A DNA stretch of 64,000 nt from contig MU619251.1 of assembly GCA_025201805.1 (NCBI GenBank), forward strand, positions 1 through 64,000. The letters run 5' to 3'. Shown piece by piece: positions 1 to 13,073 of the stretch; the stretch's first letter is position 1; each line of letters starts with the position of its first letter. Both the position numbers and the translations under genes were made by a program. The DNA is from Parasitella parasitica NRRL 2501 (taxonomy: Eukaryota; Fungi; Mucoromycota). The notes under the pieces are model-generated. The model did not search any database. It was not told where the DNA came from and saw only the letters and a list, made by a program, of their open reading frames with translations.

Positions 1-645
1 GACCCAAGATACTTGTCAAGCCATCCATTTTCAGGAATCTCCGAGATTTGATTTTCAATCGAGTGAAATTGCTCTTCAGTAAGCTCATCGACTATTGCTT
101 CTTCGTTATTCTCAAATCGATCACCTTCATTTATTAATTCAGCTTGATTGTCGACAACACTCTTGTCAGCCTAAAATTAACAATGTATCAGGTTGCTAAC
201 TCAGTCATACTACGGTATAAGTTGGTGTAGTACCTCATTTTCGCTATTTTTGGAAATGGCGTTGTGTTCAGTGTCGACAGAGAGGCCTTCGAAGTCTTTA
301 ATTACTTGATATTTTTTATTGTGGATTGTCTCTTCTTCGACAATCTATTATGATAAACTACATTAGGAAATCATAACCATTGAAAAAATCTAGATGGCTC
401 ACCTCATCAATATTTTCTGCTGCATCTTTTTCATTACTCAAAGTCTGTTTTAAGTTTACTGCCACTGCGTCCACTGCAGATAGTGTTTCGCTCCCAAGAA
501 TGTTTCTTGTTGCTTGAACAGCAACTGGGAAGCTTAATCGGGGCTGGTTCACTAAATGAGCCGGTTTGGGACCTGGAGTCTTGGATCCATGCTTACTTTT
601 TGAACCAGTCGGACGGCCCTTCTTTGCAGGTGTGTTGTAAGGCAT
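1..645 (-). CDS. Hypothetical protein running off the window edge; AT-hook-like KGRP motif, possibly transposon-associated
   Basis: ORF starting MPYNTPAKKGRPTGSK; plausible GT-AG introns at ~345-402 and 171-233 lead into an acidic coding-like sequence. Confidence 0.45.
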
Positions 646-927
646 TGTTTCTAGTTTATTTCATTAATTGAGTCAGTAACTGCTTCGTCGAACATCCAAG
701 ATTGTTTAAAAATGTTTTCTTAAATTTTTAAGACATACTTGAATTTATAATAATATGTTTGTGAAAAGAAGAGAAAAGAAAATAAGCCTTTCAAGTGAAA
801 AATTTACTTAAATGTAGAAATGTCAAATCGAAAAAGGTACAATCAATTAACGGGGTAACAGAATTGTTTACTTCACAGCCGGCAGAATGTTCAGACTCTG
901 CAGTGCTTACTTTAATATATAATCAGT

Positions 928-1020
928 TACACTATTTCGAGCACTCTTATTGGATCATTACACTATTTCTAGCATTTTTATTGGCTCATTACACTATTTC
1001 TAGCTATTTTATTGGATACA
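928..1020. repeat. Three-copy ~31-bp tandem repeat
   Basis: Unit ~TACACTATTTCTAGCAnTTTTATTGGnTCAT starting at 928, 959 and 990. Confidence 0.75.
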
Positions 1021-2852
1021 TTTGGCCTCACTATAAGCGTACCGTCTCAAATCAATGCTTTTGTCCTTTTCTTTTCAAGAGGAGATCTCCCACCAAACGA
1101 AATATACCTAGCTCGCTCTGTTTATATCAAGGCCATCCTCTATCTTTCGAATTTTGATTAACAGCTTTAATTTTAACTCCATGAGTTTGGTGCATTAACT
1201 GCATCCTTAGGTTATTACATAATGATTGAAAACGTTGTTGATTAAAAGCCAAGGAGGTGGATTGGGGGAGTACACAGTTGTGAATTAGTTAAAGAATCTG
1301 CTTGTAGAAAGATTGAGGACTTCAAATGATATTTAAACTACAGCATATTGTTTTACAATGATCAAGGAGATTAATGAGTTGAGCAAGGAAGTTTGTCGCC
1401 TTAAAAAGCAGTTTATATATAGGCAGAACTCTTTATTAACAGCAGTTCTCTCGAAAATTTGTTTGACATCAGAATCCAAACTTCGACTCAGAGCAGTGCC
1501 AAACACGATATGATTTTCAATGATGATGATCTTCACGACACGGCAAGACGACGCGTTGAATGCAGTAACACGAAACGAAAGAGAGCAACACTTGGAATTT
1601 TGGTGAGCATTGACAAGCATCATTTATAGAGATGCTTGCAGATCAATTAACAGATGCAAAATCAAATGATTCTTCCCATGATGGTTAAGTAATTCAATGT
1701 ATTGGGCATTACATTTGATTTGAATTATCAATGCCTGTACACTACTATACCCTGATACATGTATTTTTATGGTGCACAATACAGCAATACTGTTAATCTC
1801 AGAATACACGTTTTGAGTAGACAAATCTGATGGACAGTGGTTGACTTTCTCACAATTATAAGGTCTGTGATCTCACATGGTCTCAAGCAGGTGGCATATT
1901 TGAGCTGTCTCCCGCGCCAAAGAGCTGTTTCGTCTATTTCGGGAATCAAATATTGCTTGTTGAAGTATTCAGAGAAGTAGACCAGAAGGTATTGTTCTAC
2001 TTTTCTGTGCTGCGAACAGTATCATCATCACAACAATAAATCAATTGTTTTGCAGCAGCTCGTTTGAACACCAGAATACCTACTAAGTTTTGCTATACCG
2101 TATAAAATTGCTTGATACAATCTTCATGCAGTACGATACTGTATTAGCTGCAGCAAGAACGCTTTCGTTCATCGCAAACGATAGCCTGTACCACTTTCAT
2201 TGATTTAGCTACATGGGAAACTCCTCCATGTGGATACTGTATCTGTTGAATGATTATAATATCCCTCAAAACCATTAGATTAAAACAAACTATAAATTAA
2301 TTTTAAGGACGATACCATGCTATCTTAATATACTGGTGTGCTATTGTCTCGCGACCTGAAGGTGTAGAGCACTTGTTAGTGCATGTTTAGCTTTGTACAC
2401 TAGCTTTTATTACTAGATCACTTAAATAAATAGAAAAACAGGAATTTTTCTGTAATTTTAGTTTGTGTATTGTGCTGCAAATTGTTGTCGCTTCCTTGAT
2501 GTTCCAGATTCCCAAAATATATCTCCCTAATCATAACGATGGTCATACAACACTAGGCCTATCTCCTAAATTGACATTATAAACTCTATGATTAAGCAAA
2601 AAAGCAAGTTATATTTAATGTTTTTTTATTGTCATCCCAAGTTGAGAGTGTTTATGTTTATATTCACAAAATCTTGACATTATCAAAATGAAAAAATAAT
2701 TACTTAGAGACAAAGGCATGAGGTTATGTGGAAAAGGTTATGGAAGATGTGTACAATATAAATATGAGATCAACCCATAGTATATCACTTTAAAAAAAAG
2801 GACAAAAGAATTTTACAAAGAGGAGAGGAAACACGATATTATTGTTACTGAT

Positions 2853-3330
2853 CTATTGAATATACCAATCGACCTTGAGAATACCCGTATCGAATTTACC
2901 AATCTGAGCAAAGGCAGCAGGAGAGAGATCAATGTGAGTCTTGTCACAGCTTTCGCAGGCGTCCTTGATAGTAACAGTGACACTCTTGCCATTGGCCTTG
3001 TTAACAACCTTGACCTTCTTACCACAGTATTTACTTTCACTGCTGTAACCTCCATAAAGAGAGCCTCCGATAGCAGCAATGTAATCACTATCATCGTTCC
3101 AGTCACCGCATGCACCCTGGTTGGGAGTAAAGAATGTAGCCTGGCCATCGTAGTGCTCGCCGCTGCTAGAAGCAGATTCGCCGGATGATTTCTTGCTAGA
3201 CTTTTTGACAGTTTTCTTGCTAGTCTTCTTGCTGGTCTTCTTGCTGGTCTTTTTAGTGGTCTTTCTTTTGGTTGTAGTCATTCTTTTCTTGGTGCTATGC
3301 TTGCGCTTTTTGGTAGAAGTAGAACGGGCG

Positions 3331-3376
<46 letters not shown>

Positions 3377-3761
3377 AGACATCGTTGTTACATTTGATCT
3401 CTTCTATGAATCTGAGTGGAACAAAAACTTGAGTCTTGTCCTTGTTGGAATCGTAGTCATCAGGCTTATTATACCAGTTGGCAGTTACATTGCATTCGTT
3501 TCCAGAGTGCGTAATGTTTTTAGCATCTTGGAAAGAAAAATTCTTTTTTGCTTTGAAAATGACAGTAGTAGTGACATTCTCGGTGTCGTTGGTGGTAGGC
3601 TTGCATCCATCGCTACCAACATCGATATAGCCACGAATTCGAATATGGTTGTCTGAAGCTCTCAACTTGGCGTTTTCAATAGACAATTGGCAAACGGTAT
3701 CAGCAATAGCACTACCGATAGCAGTTAGCATGAAAACAAGGATACAAGATTGGAGTTGCAT
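2853..3761 (-). CDS. Secreted expansin-like/RlpA-type DPBB (barwin-like) protein with Thr/Lys-rich linker
   Basis: Signal peptide; C-terminal GQATFF..GACG, CGKKVKV, DACESC..HIDLSPAAF motifs; intronless 302 aa. Confidence 0.9.
3331..3375. repeat. (GTA)n microsatellite encoding poly-Thr
   Basis: About 15 perfect GTA units inside the CDS. Confidence 0.95.
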
Positions 3762-5301
3762 TTTCTATAGTGAAATGAAATGGAATGGATCTTTTTTACA
3801 GTGAAAAAAGTGTAGGATTTAGATAGTATAGTGGGATTAAGAGTGAAAGAAAAAACGAATTCGAGTGGAAAACGACTTGGTCTTTTATATCAAAATTTGA
3901 TTGCTACATCAGTTGTAATACACATTTTCATCAAAATGTGCTAAAATCTATTGCTAATGTCCTCACTTGTCGACAATGAAGCACAAGATATCTCGAAAAG
4001 AAAGGCTAATTTATTGGCTGTTACACGGCGCAAAATCAAGGGGTCCCCTTCTTCTGCTGAGTGTGCTGTCAGCATTAATAAACTCAAGACAAAAGTGGTA
4101 AATAATAATTTTCTGCATCTTCTTTGATGGTATATCTGCTTTATTACGGACGTATTAGTTAATGGAAAGCATGCATGGTGTACCTGAAAAGGCATATGAG
4201 CGATTTTCTGAGTTATTTTTCAAGTTCTCTAACTTCAAAAAACAATCGTAGAGGTTGCACATGCTAGTTTAATTTTCTGTATTTTTTTATCATATTAAAG
4301 AATTCTGTCTATATACAGCTTCATTGTTGAATGCGTAACAGTATGTTGGTTTTATTTTCCTAAAATATGGTAAACTGAATCATCAAGATCAGGCAATTGT
4401 GAATCATTTGCAAGTGATTGACGAAGATAGGAAATAGAAGGTGAAGAATTACCGGATAAATGGTATCACAACCATGAACAGGGTACACGCCACTTTATTG
4501 TATTATCGTTGGCAATTGATGGGGTAGCGTATGTAAACACACTTCATCACTATTGACCCATAACGGGGTGTACCAAATTAGGCTTTTCTTCCTTCAAGCT
4601 GGACATCACAGAAGTTGCCGGGATCAAAGATTCCATGATATGTTTATATCATTAAACATCATTTTTTTCTACTTTCTTGTTGTTAACTACCATATTTTGC
4701 TGAACACTATCAATAATCCTGTAATGGCTGATTTAGTGCGCATATAGAAGATGGGTAAGTGGTAACCGTATTCTGGGCTTTTACCTCATTTCACAATTGG
4801 TATCGCAATAAAGCCTGTTGTGCCTTAAAAGCTATAAAATTGTTTTTATTGATAAGAAATATAAAAAGAACGAACTTTTGAAATTTCATACATATTTCAT
4901 GTATGAGATGGTGTAATCAAAGCGGTCCATCAGGATTTACAGAAAAGAGTCAACTTGCAGATATTGATCTAGACAGGTACCCGCATTTACTCAAAATGAA
5001 GGATGGTCTCCAACCGAGATTATACATGTTGTAACCACCACCTTTTTAATTTTTTATTGAGTTTTATGCTACAAACCACATTTTCTTTTGCAAGAAATAA
5101 TTGCAGCACAAGCTTACAAACTGTCGAACAAAAAATGTGATCTATCAAGAGTACAGACCAAATTCTCTTTATTTGATGGGTTTATACTATACAGCTTATT
5201 GGAATTTTTTATGTTATTAAAGGATCGAATAATCATTGTGTTGAAACTATTTCCTTCCACTTGAAATTAATACACGATTATCTGATTAGCGAAAATGACA
5301 G

Positions 5302-5600
5302 ATGTCATTGATTCACGACAAGGCGCACATAAAGGATGGTTCAAACGTTAATGAAAAGAGGAGAATCAAAATTCGCATGATGAATGGTGAAGCTGGAGGC
5401 GTTGATGTCGATAAATATGATATTCAAAGCAGCTTGAAAATAATGAAAAGCGAAATGAGAAACTACGAACCCAAGAATATTTACAATATAATTGAAACGG
5501 GCCTTCTGTACAGAAATGCGCCCACAAAAACTGCCAGTATAGGAACGATCTCCTGAACAAAAATCGATAAAACTCGTATTGCTGTGTATCAGGATTAGAC
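5302..5600 (+). mobile_element. pogo/Tigger (DDE_1, CENP-B-like) transposase remnant
   Basis: GEAGGVD...YEPKNIYNIIETGLLYRNAPTKT resembles the pogo GEA..V / IYN.DETGLFY motifs; catalytic D lost and ORF truncated. Confidence 0.7.
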
Positions 5601-7156
5601 ATTATCAATTATTACAAAAATTTGATTGAAATAAACACAACCATAACATAAAGAACAGCAGCTGGATTACTTAAAATTGACCTAATTGAACTGGATATCG
5701 CGTATATATTAAATAAGCTTCTACGATTCTGTTTGTATACTCACAACTGGAAGAGGTTTGAAAACAGTGCTTGGGTAGCCTCTCAGTTTGAATAAACAGA
5801 AGAAAGCTTGTTATGCACTGTATATTAAAAACTACAAAGGCAATGCTCGTCAGTTGACTATGATACAATTATTGCATTCTTGTTATCTCCAATCGCATCT
5901 TACAGCAAGGAATAATTTAATATATATTACAACAGTTTCATTCTGGCAAAGCTTACATGTCAAAGATCCTGAGTATTTAATTTGCTCTTCAAGATTTTAC
6001 ATTGGCATCATCCTTGAATTACCGTTTCCATTATTTATAGAGTATGGAAAAATTTCAATAACCAGAAATCACTATTATAAACCTTTTGTTAAAAGCATGA
6101 TCAAGGTACGTTTTAGCTGAGCCTTATATGCGATTCATGCCATTTTAATTTCACATACAGTCGTATTTTATTGCAGTCTACTTGAGAATCCTTATTACAG
6201 CAATATGCATTATTTAACAAATGATGTGATGTGAAAATCCAATTGCTACAGCATATAATGCTAGCTTCGGGTATATCAAAGACTTAATTTATCTTGGATA
6301 TCTAAAAATTATGAAAACGCAACGACCTACTGTGTTTACATGAATGCATGATTTTAGAAAAAGGGGGAAAGGAGGGGAAGGAGGGCTCAAAACAAAAGAG
6401 GAGAAACAGATTTATTACTTTGGGAGGGAAAGTTTTATGCAGGTCTGCGTTTATGTACATACAATGCAGGCACATGATATGGTGTGCCACATCCATTGCC
6501 GATGGCTGCATATTTTCAACTAAGAAAAAGAAATAGGCAGAGATATATTTTGCCTTGCAAAATGATATTACTGACAAGTATAACGTTTTATTGTTTAATT
6601 TATATTAAGAAATCCACGTTTCAACTATCCATGTATTGCAAGCATATATCTTTTCACAATGCAGTGTATGCTACTCGCCAATATTTTGTAGATAAACAAT
6701 GCATTATTTTGCTGGTTACCGTTAAATCTTAAAAACAAAATGGTTGTATCAAAGATGATCACTAGGAATATATTCTGGTATAAATAATTGGCACGAAATC
6801 CCTATGAACATATATAGGCTTAAGGAAAAGTATCTTGCTTGATGCTATTCAAATAATAATTTCATTAACCAAAATTGTTATTTTGTATAATTCACAACGT
6901 AGCTCATAATAATACAGGAGTTTTTTTTTTTTTCAAAAAAAAAAAAAAAGGAATGAATAAATAGTTTATGTATCAAAATTTATAAAAAGGATAACATAGT
7001 ATATGTGGGGTAAAATAAGATGGTTATGAGGAAAAATAGTAATAATAATGATAAAAAAGAGACTATATAGAAACTATATAATCCAGAATGATACAAGGAA
7101 GCATAAATGTAGTAAAATAAGTGAATAGTAGCAGCAAATTAGAATACGTAAACCCA

Positions 7157-8010
7157 TTAACCATCTCTACCAAAGTTTGCATGATTCAAATGTGGTTGTA
7201 TTCCAGATAAATCCAAAGGGTGGCCAGGTGGGATCATTGTCGACGTCTGCTGATGTCCCATCCTGACACGGTACACTTGGAGCATATTTTCAAGTTCCTG
7301 AATACGCTGCTGGTGTTGTCTTAATTTATCATGCAATAATCGAATGTGTTCCACCGATTTCCTGAGGATTGTGCCTTTATTCGATTTGACTGCATCTCTA
7401 TCTGGTAAAAGCGTTGCTAACTCAGTAATGCGATCATTAATATTATCTCTTCTTCTACGTTCAACTGCATTGTGAGATTCTCTACGGCGCCTCTTTTTTT
7501 CGAAGATGTGCTGCATACTATATAATATACATTAATACATGTTACAATACCATTAAAAAATAGGTTATTCAGCCATAATAAAACTAACTTTCTCTGTAAT
7601 ATGTCATCCTCTAAACTACCAGGACTTGTAGGCGAAACAAGAGTGTCTGATAATTTACCTTCGGGCATGGGTGAGTTATAGTAGTATTGATGAGGGCTTG
7701 TCACAGAACCAGGCGATTTAACACTTGTAGTAGTAGTAGTAGAAGTAGTAGGTATAGCTATGGGCTGTGGAAAACTAGACGAATTAGAGTTCATATAAAT
7801 GTCATATTGTTGCTGTTGGATCGATGATTTTGGTGACGTTGGTAATGGCACACCATTGTATTGATTATAAAGCTTATTGCTCGGTGGAGAATCTATTGAT
7901 GAAGTAGTAATAGGTGAAGGTAAAGCACTTTTATTATTATTGCTGTTACTATTCAGATCATACTGAGGATGATCAAGATAAGTTGAATGCTGGAATTGCA
8001 TGTTATACAT
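7157..8010 (-). CDS. bHLH-zipper transcription factor (TFE/USF-like); exons 8010-7589 and 7517-7157
   Basis: [31 protein letters not shown]...[15 protein letters not shown]; GTTAGT..TAG intron keeps the frame. Confidence 0.9.
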
Positions 8011-8546
8011 TTTGGGAAAAAAAAAGTAAAAAGGAAAAAGGGCTGATTTTGCTATATATAAATAATCAAAAGTGTGTGAGAACTCAAATATAACATTAAT
8101 TGATGATAATATGACGTATTCTAAGAAGCAGAAGGAGGGAAAAGGGGAGATTTGGGGTACACACAGACAATTGTCTGTAATACAGATCATGGGCGAAATA
8201 TGGGGTCCTTCTGGTAATACATTTATATTAAAGAGAAAGAATAGGTCTCCTTTTTCAAGTGGTAATAATGAAGAGTTCAGTTTAACATTTTAGATTCATT
8301 AGTTTGAATTAAGATGGTGATAAAGAAAAAGTCCTTTATTCTACCGTAACAATTGCGTTATTTTTCTTGCAACTTGCATGATAGTAGTAGGAAATACGGC
8401 TAGTGAGCCAAGTGATCTACTTGAATTGATCAAGAATGCTCAATGTCTTCCAGTAGCCTCAACTATAATGACGTACGAATGAACAATATATAACACCTCC
8501 CAACAAGTCTCGGTTTCATTTTCTTCTTATTTGATTTAAAAACAAT

Positions 8547-8771
8547 ATGTCTAATTTACCAAATAGCCTAGTTGACCCCAATCACCCAACAAAAGAGCCT
8601 TTTTCATCTGCTGGAGAGTCGAAGACAGGTGGCAGTAGAACCTTGTTCGGTGTCGTAACAGCTCCGTTTGCTGCTGTTGGTGGCTTAATAGATCAAATGT
8701 CTCGAAAATTGACAAGAGCGACAGATAGTGAGGAACCTACACCTACTACAACGCCAACAACAAAAGACTAA
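8547..8771 (+). CDS. Small 74-aa hypothetical protein
   Basis: TATATAA about 60 nt upstream, pyrimidine-rich 5'UTR, A-rich start context, coding-like composition, downstream AATAAA. Confidence 0.5.
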   Translation: MSNLPNSLVDPNHPTKEPFSSAGESKTGGSRTLFGVVTAPFAAVGGLIDQMSRKLTRATDSEEPTPTTTPTTKD

Positions 8772-9818
8772 ATCAATGTTCAAATATTTATAAAACTTCC
8801 TAAAAATAAACGATTAAGAAATAATGCATGTTTGTGAGTCATGTCTTTTGAACCAAAAATCAAGTGTTTCATAAATTATCAAATTTGTTTGAACAGTAAA
8901 CAGTTTAATAGATTGCAAGTAAAACATTCCCTCGGTATCATATATATCCATTCGAACCCACATTGGCAGCAGCACAAAAGCAAAGCGGCAACATAAAGTT
9001 GTAGAGGATACAGATTGAAAGCCTGTTTGCATTGAGCCAACAACTAAATAAAAAACATTACTTGAGCAACATATGGTTTAAAATGCTTATGAAACGTTTT
9101 AACATGGTTTTAGCTGCATGTTGTTTGTGAGGACACAGCTAAAATGGGCCCCTTTCAACTATAAGAACAAGTACAGTAGTAGCTGAAATTCCAGATATTG
9201 ATTGATTTGAACACTTAATTTTATCTCTTATATATCTAGCTTAGTTATCTCGACTTTTTGATACGTCTGGAGAGCATTTGCGAATTCATCATTTTTGTTC
9301 GAACTTTCACGAGGTAGCTCTTTAACTTTGGCTACAATTTCTGTTTTTTTAACTTTGATGTTGAAAAATGTACTATAGTTTATACTGGTAAAAATCATAA
9401 GTATAAAACTGCTGCATGTCTTTGGAATGGTTTATTTTAGCGCTTTATATGCCGTATTTTTAATTTCTGAGCCTAAAACAAAAGTTACGCCTTTGATTTA
9501 AAGCTCAATTAAATGTTATGCTATTATGAAAAAAAAAGTGTCAACAAATAGAACTTTCAAATATGGATATATACTCTTAGTACTTCAATGCCATTTATTT
9601 TATAATGACAGGCAATAAAATTCTTTAAAAGCCTTATTGTATCCAGGATGAAGATTATTAATCATTTTAGAACGTTTCAAAGTCAGCCTTTTAATTTTCT
9701 AGCTAAACCCAAGCATTGAATACATTAAATTTGCTATTGTTTTCAACACATGTAACATACTACGTTTATATACAATGTCTATATACCAAATTTATTAAAT
9801 ATAGAAAATAATTGGGCT

Positions 9819-11548
9819 CTATTCTTGCATCATATCTTCATTCTCATCATCTTGTTGATCAGGACCGTCCATGTTAATAGCCATTTCATCCATCATTTCT
9901 TCTAGAGAAATCTCTGGGAACTCCTCATCTGAACCATCATCGTCCGTCATGTCATTATTACCAGCTTGTGTATCGGAAGCGATAGGATTACTATTTTGGT
10001 TTTTGAAAATATTGATAGTGGATCTAAATTCAGGATCTTCTTCAATATCACGCATAAAGAGCTCCATATCGTTTTCAATCTTGGCTTGTTCTTGCTTACG
10101 AGGTAGCATCTCATCCACTTCTTTGCCCAATTGTTGCAGTTTCCAGCTTCTCTGCTTAACCTTCTTTCTGCGAACAGGATATGCTTTACGAACCAATACA
10201 ACATCAGGTAAGTCGGCCGCATTTAAATGATCGAAATCATCGTTATTGAAGTTGGCACGGGCAAGGTCATAACCTAAAACAGTATCACCGGGATTCAAGA
10301 TAGCGCCCAAATGAGATCGAGCAATGAATTGTTCATCGTTTCGACCAAAATCTGACATACGAGCGACATGCACATCACATAGGACTCTTTTGCCGTTGAT
10401 GGGTCCAAGAGGCTCAACGTCCAAGACGTAGTATTCAATCATGGATTTAGCGCTACCCAAAGGATTGAAGGGATGGCGATAGTATTGTGTAGTTGATACA
10501 TCGGCTATAGCTAATGTATTGACATCCATCAAGTGGATAGAGTTGCTGATACGGACACATATCAATAATTGATTGATGTTACCAAAATTGTTGGCCAACT
10601 TTTTGGGTATGCAAACAAGATCGTCTTTACAGATGGGTACAATTTCAGCAGAGTATGTAAATTTATAATTGCTGACACTAGTGTGGATATCTTTTGAAAT
10701 AAGCTGTTCAGATGATTTGTATCTATGACGACTGGTTAAAACACAATTTGCTAATTCATTAGAAGGATTCTTACTTCATGGGCACAACAGCTTGTAAAAA
10801 TTCCACCATCTTGATAGCATGACCACGAGCACCATAGTAAAAATCAATACCATCCTTTGTTTCCTTAATATTTGTGGTATCCTTGTGTGCATTGTGTTTC
10901 AAGATCAACTGCTCCAGATACAAGAAAGTACGTTTATGCTCAACCTTTTGACGCAACTGAACTACTGCCTTCCAGGTATTCTGCGCAGCCAAGCGAGTAC
11001 ATTCATCACACTGCTGACCGGAGACTACATACTCGACCTCGAATATTTGTTGCAAGATGGTGTTGACAAACACTTCTTTTTGAATAGTCAGTTTGACCTT
11101 AATACGCTTACTGTGAGGCTCTGTCCAAATGAAACCTGCATCGATCAAGCGCACTTTGTTGAGGCCCTTTAGTTTCTTCAGACAGAGTGTCAATAATTCT
11201 CGAGATTCGAGTTGTGCATTGACCCACAAGCCGGGAGGTTGCAAATAACGTTCGCAATTACGACAGAAATGAAGAGTTGCTTGCTTGGGAATGCCTTCAG
11301 TAATATCAACTTCATTACGGATACAATTGACACACATGTTGGCAGCATTGGGAGGTGTAGGTGCACCACAGCCAGGACACTATTGGGAAGTTTGGTTAGA
11401 TCATGTGTGTTACTGCGGCAGATGTTTGACATTTGAGGGTCTGGGTCATTACCAAACTATAGAATGCAAAGAATTAATACTGAATTTTCGTAGCTTTTTG
11501 ACAAGATACATACATTAATTGCTCAACAATTTCAGGGTGATAATCCAT
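9819..11548 (-). CDS. NMD3: 60S ribosomal export adaptor NMD3; exons 11548-11514, 11456-11453, 11379-10775, 10722-9819
   Basis: CxxC pairs, FIWTEPHSKRIKVK, QLRQKVEHKRTFLYLEQLILKH, acidic tail. Confidence 0.97.
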
Positions 11549-11763
11549 GACGCTTTATTTTCTCAAGTTATAGAAGGTAATGATGTAGAAGAAGAGTTTT
11601 TCGACTTTGTTGCTTGCTCATTTTATAAAAAATTGAATATGAAAAGGTGTCTTCCCCAAGCCACTACAATAAGGCACATTTACCAGAAAGAAAAAACCTT
11701 TTTTTTTTTTTGTTTTTTGTTTTTTGTTTGATTAATAATATCGTTTTATTTGACTAATCAAAA

Positions 11764-12349
11764 ATGCATATTACTCGTTGTTATTTCTGTTCAGGACCTT
11801 GTTATCCTGGCCATGGTACCATGTTTGTTCGTAACGACAGCAAGGTTTGTAGAAAAGCACATTATTTAGCGCAAATCTAAACATTGCGCCATCATAGACT
11901 TTCCGTTTTTGTAGATCTAAATGTCACAAAAATTTCAAAATGAAGCGTAATCCTCGTAAGGTTCGCTGGACAAAGGCCTTCAGAAAGGCTAGTGGGAAGG
12001 AAATGGTCATTGTAAGTCTTTTTGGAGCGACTATATCCTTATTGAATACTGATCATTATTGTAGGATTCCACCTTTGAATTTGAAAAACGTCGTAATGTG
12101 CCTGTTCGTTATGATCGTAACATGATGGCTACTACAATCAAGGCTATGAAACGTGTGCAGGAAATCAGAGCTAAGCGGGAGCGTGCATTCTACAAGAATC
12201 GCATGGCCGGTAATAAGGAGAAGGAGAAGGAAGATGACATCCGTGTTGTCAATCAAAACATTGAATTGGCCCCTCTGGAATCCAAGAAGAGAGTCCAAGC
12301 TATCAAGGCTGAGAAAGAAAAGAACGAGAGTATGGATATGGAGAATTAA
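11764..12349 (+). CDS. RLP24: Ribosome biogenesis protein RLP24 (L24e family); exons 11764-11844, 11898-12011, 12065-12349
   Basis: [49 protein letters not shown]. Confidence 0.97.
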
Positions 12350-13026
12350 AATAACAGATCAGAAGTCTTCTTGCATGGTTCCTATAGCTTTGCAAAATTT
12401 GTATATAGAATAAAAAGAATTTTAGAGCTCAAAATGACTTTTATAAGGCCTAAAAAGCCTCAAATATGTATATTTGATAGTTGTTACCGATAGCTGTTCA
12501 GTTTGTAACTGAGTATACTGGCGATGTTAAGAGGGTTTGAAGGAAAGCACCGCAAAGACAACAGGCATGTAGCATTTTTTGGTATAATATGAAATCATCT
12601 TATTACACTCTTTTTAATTACTTGAAATTTTGGATGGTAAGACATTGACAATAAGGAAATAGATTATAATGAGGTATTTAGGATATGTAGCAATACTAGT
12701 GGCAATATATCTATTTCAATTTACTAATAGGATTATCAAGATCTTTAACAGCTAAAAGTAAGATATCCATGATCAATAGTTTGGTGATCACTAAATGATA
12801 CCGTTTGCTTTTAAACTACTGATATAAATAGTATCGATTTCTATATCTCATTTTTCTTTCTCGCAACAAATTCTGTTAGAACTATCTATGGGCATCTTGG
12901 ATCCCAAAAAAAAAAACCAATATAAAGCTCCACTTTGTATCAAACAAGTCTGACTACCTTGTGAATTTTATTTCCAGCCTTGATTTCTTTTTTCTTTCTA
13001 GCTCTAACTCTCTTTTACTTATACTT

Positions 13027-13073
13027 AGTATCATAGCTTTGGTTTAATACAAAAAAAAGTATCATAGCTTTGG
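13027..13073 (+). repeat. 16-bp direct repeat around a 15-nt A-tailed insert (minimal retro-insertion footprint)
   Basis: AGTATCATAGCTTTGG at 13027 and 13058 flanking TTTAATACAAAAAAA. Confidence 0.6.

Noticed and set aside
1333-2300. Fragmented coding-like ORFs on the minus strand
   Set aside because: No motif I can assign; possibly an old pseudogene but unsupported
2813-3656. Overlapping antisense and alternate-frame ORFs (poly-V, poly-S) over the expansin-like gene
   Set aside because: Shadows of the repetitive real CDS; the same applies to most short ORFs opposite real genes
6921-6948. Poly-T, C, poly-A palindrome downstream of the bHLH gene
   Set aside because: Low-complexity homopolymers, common in this genome
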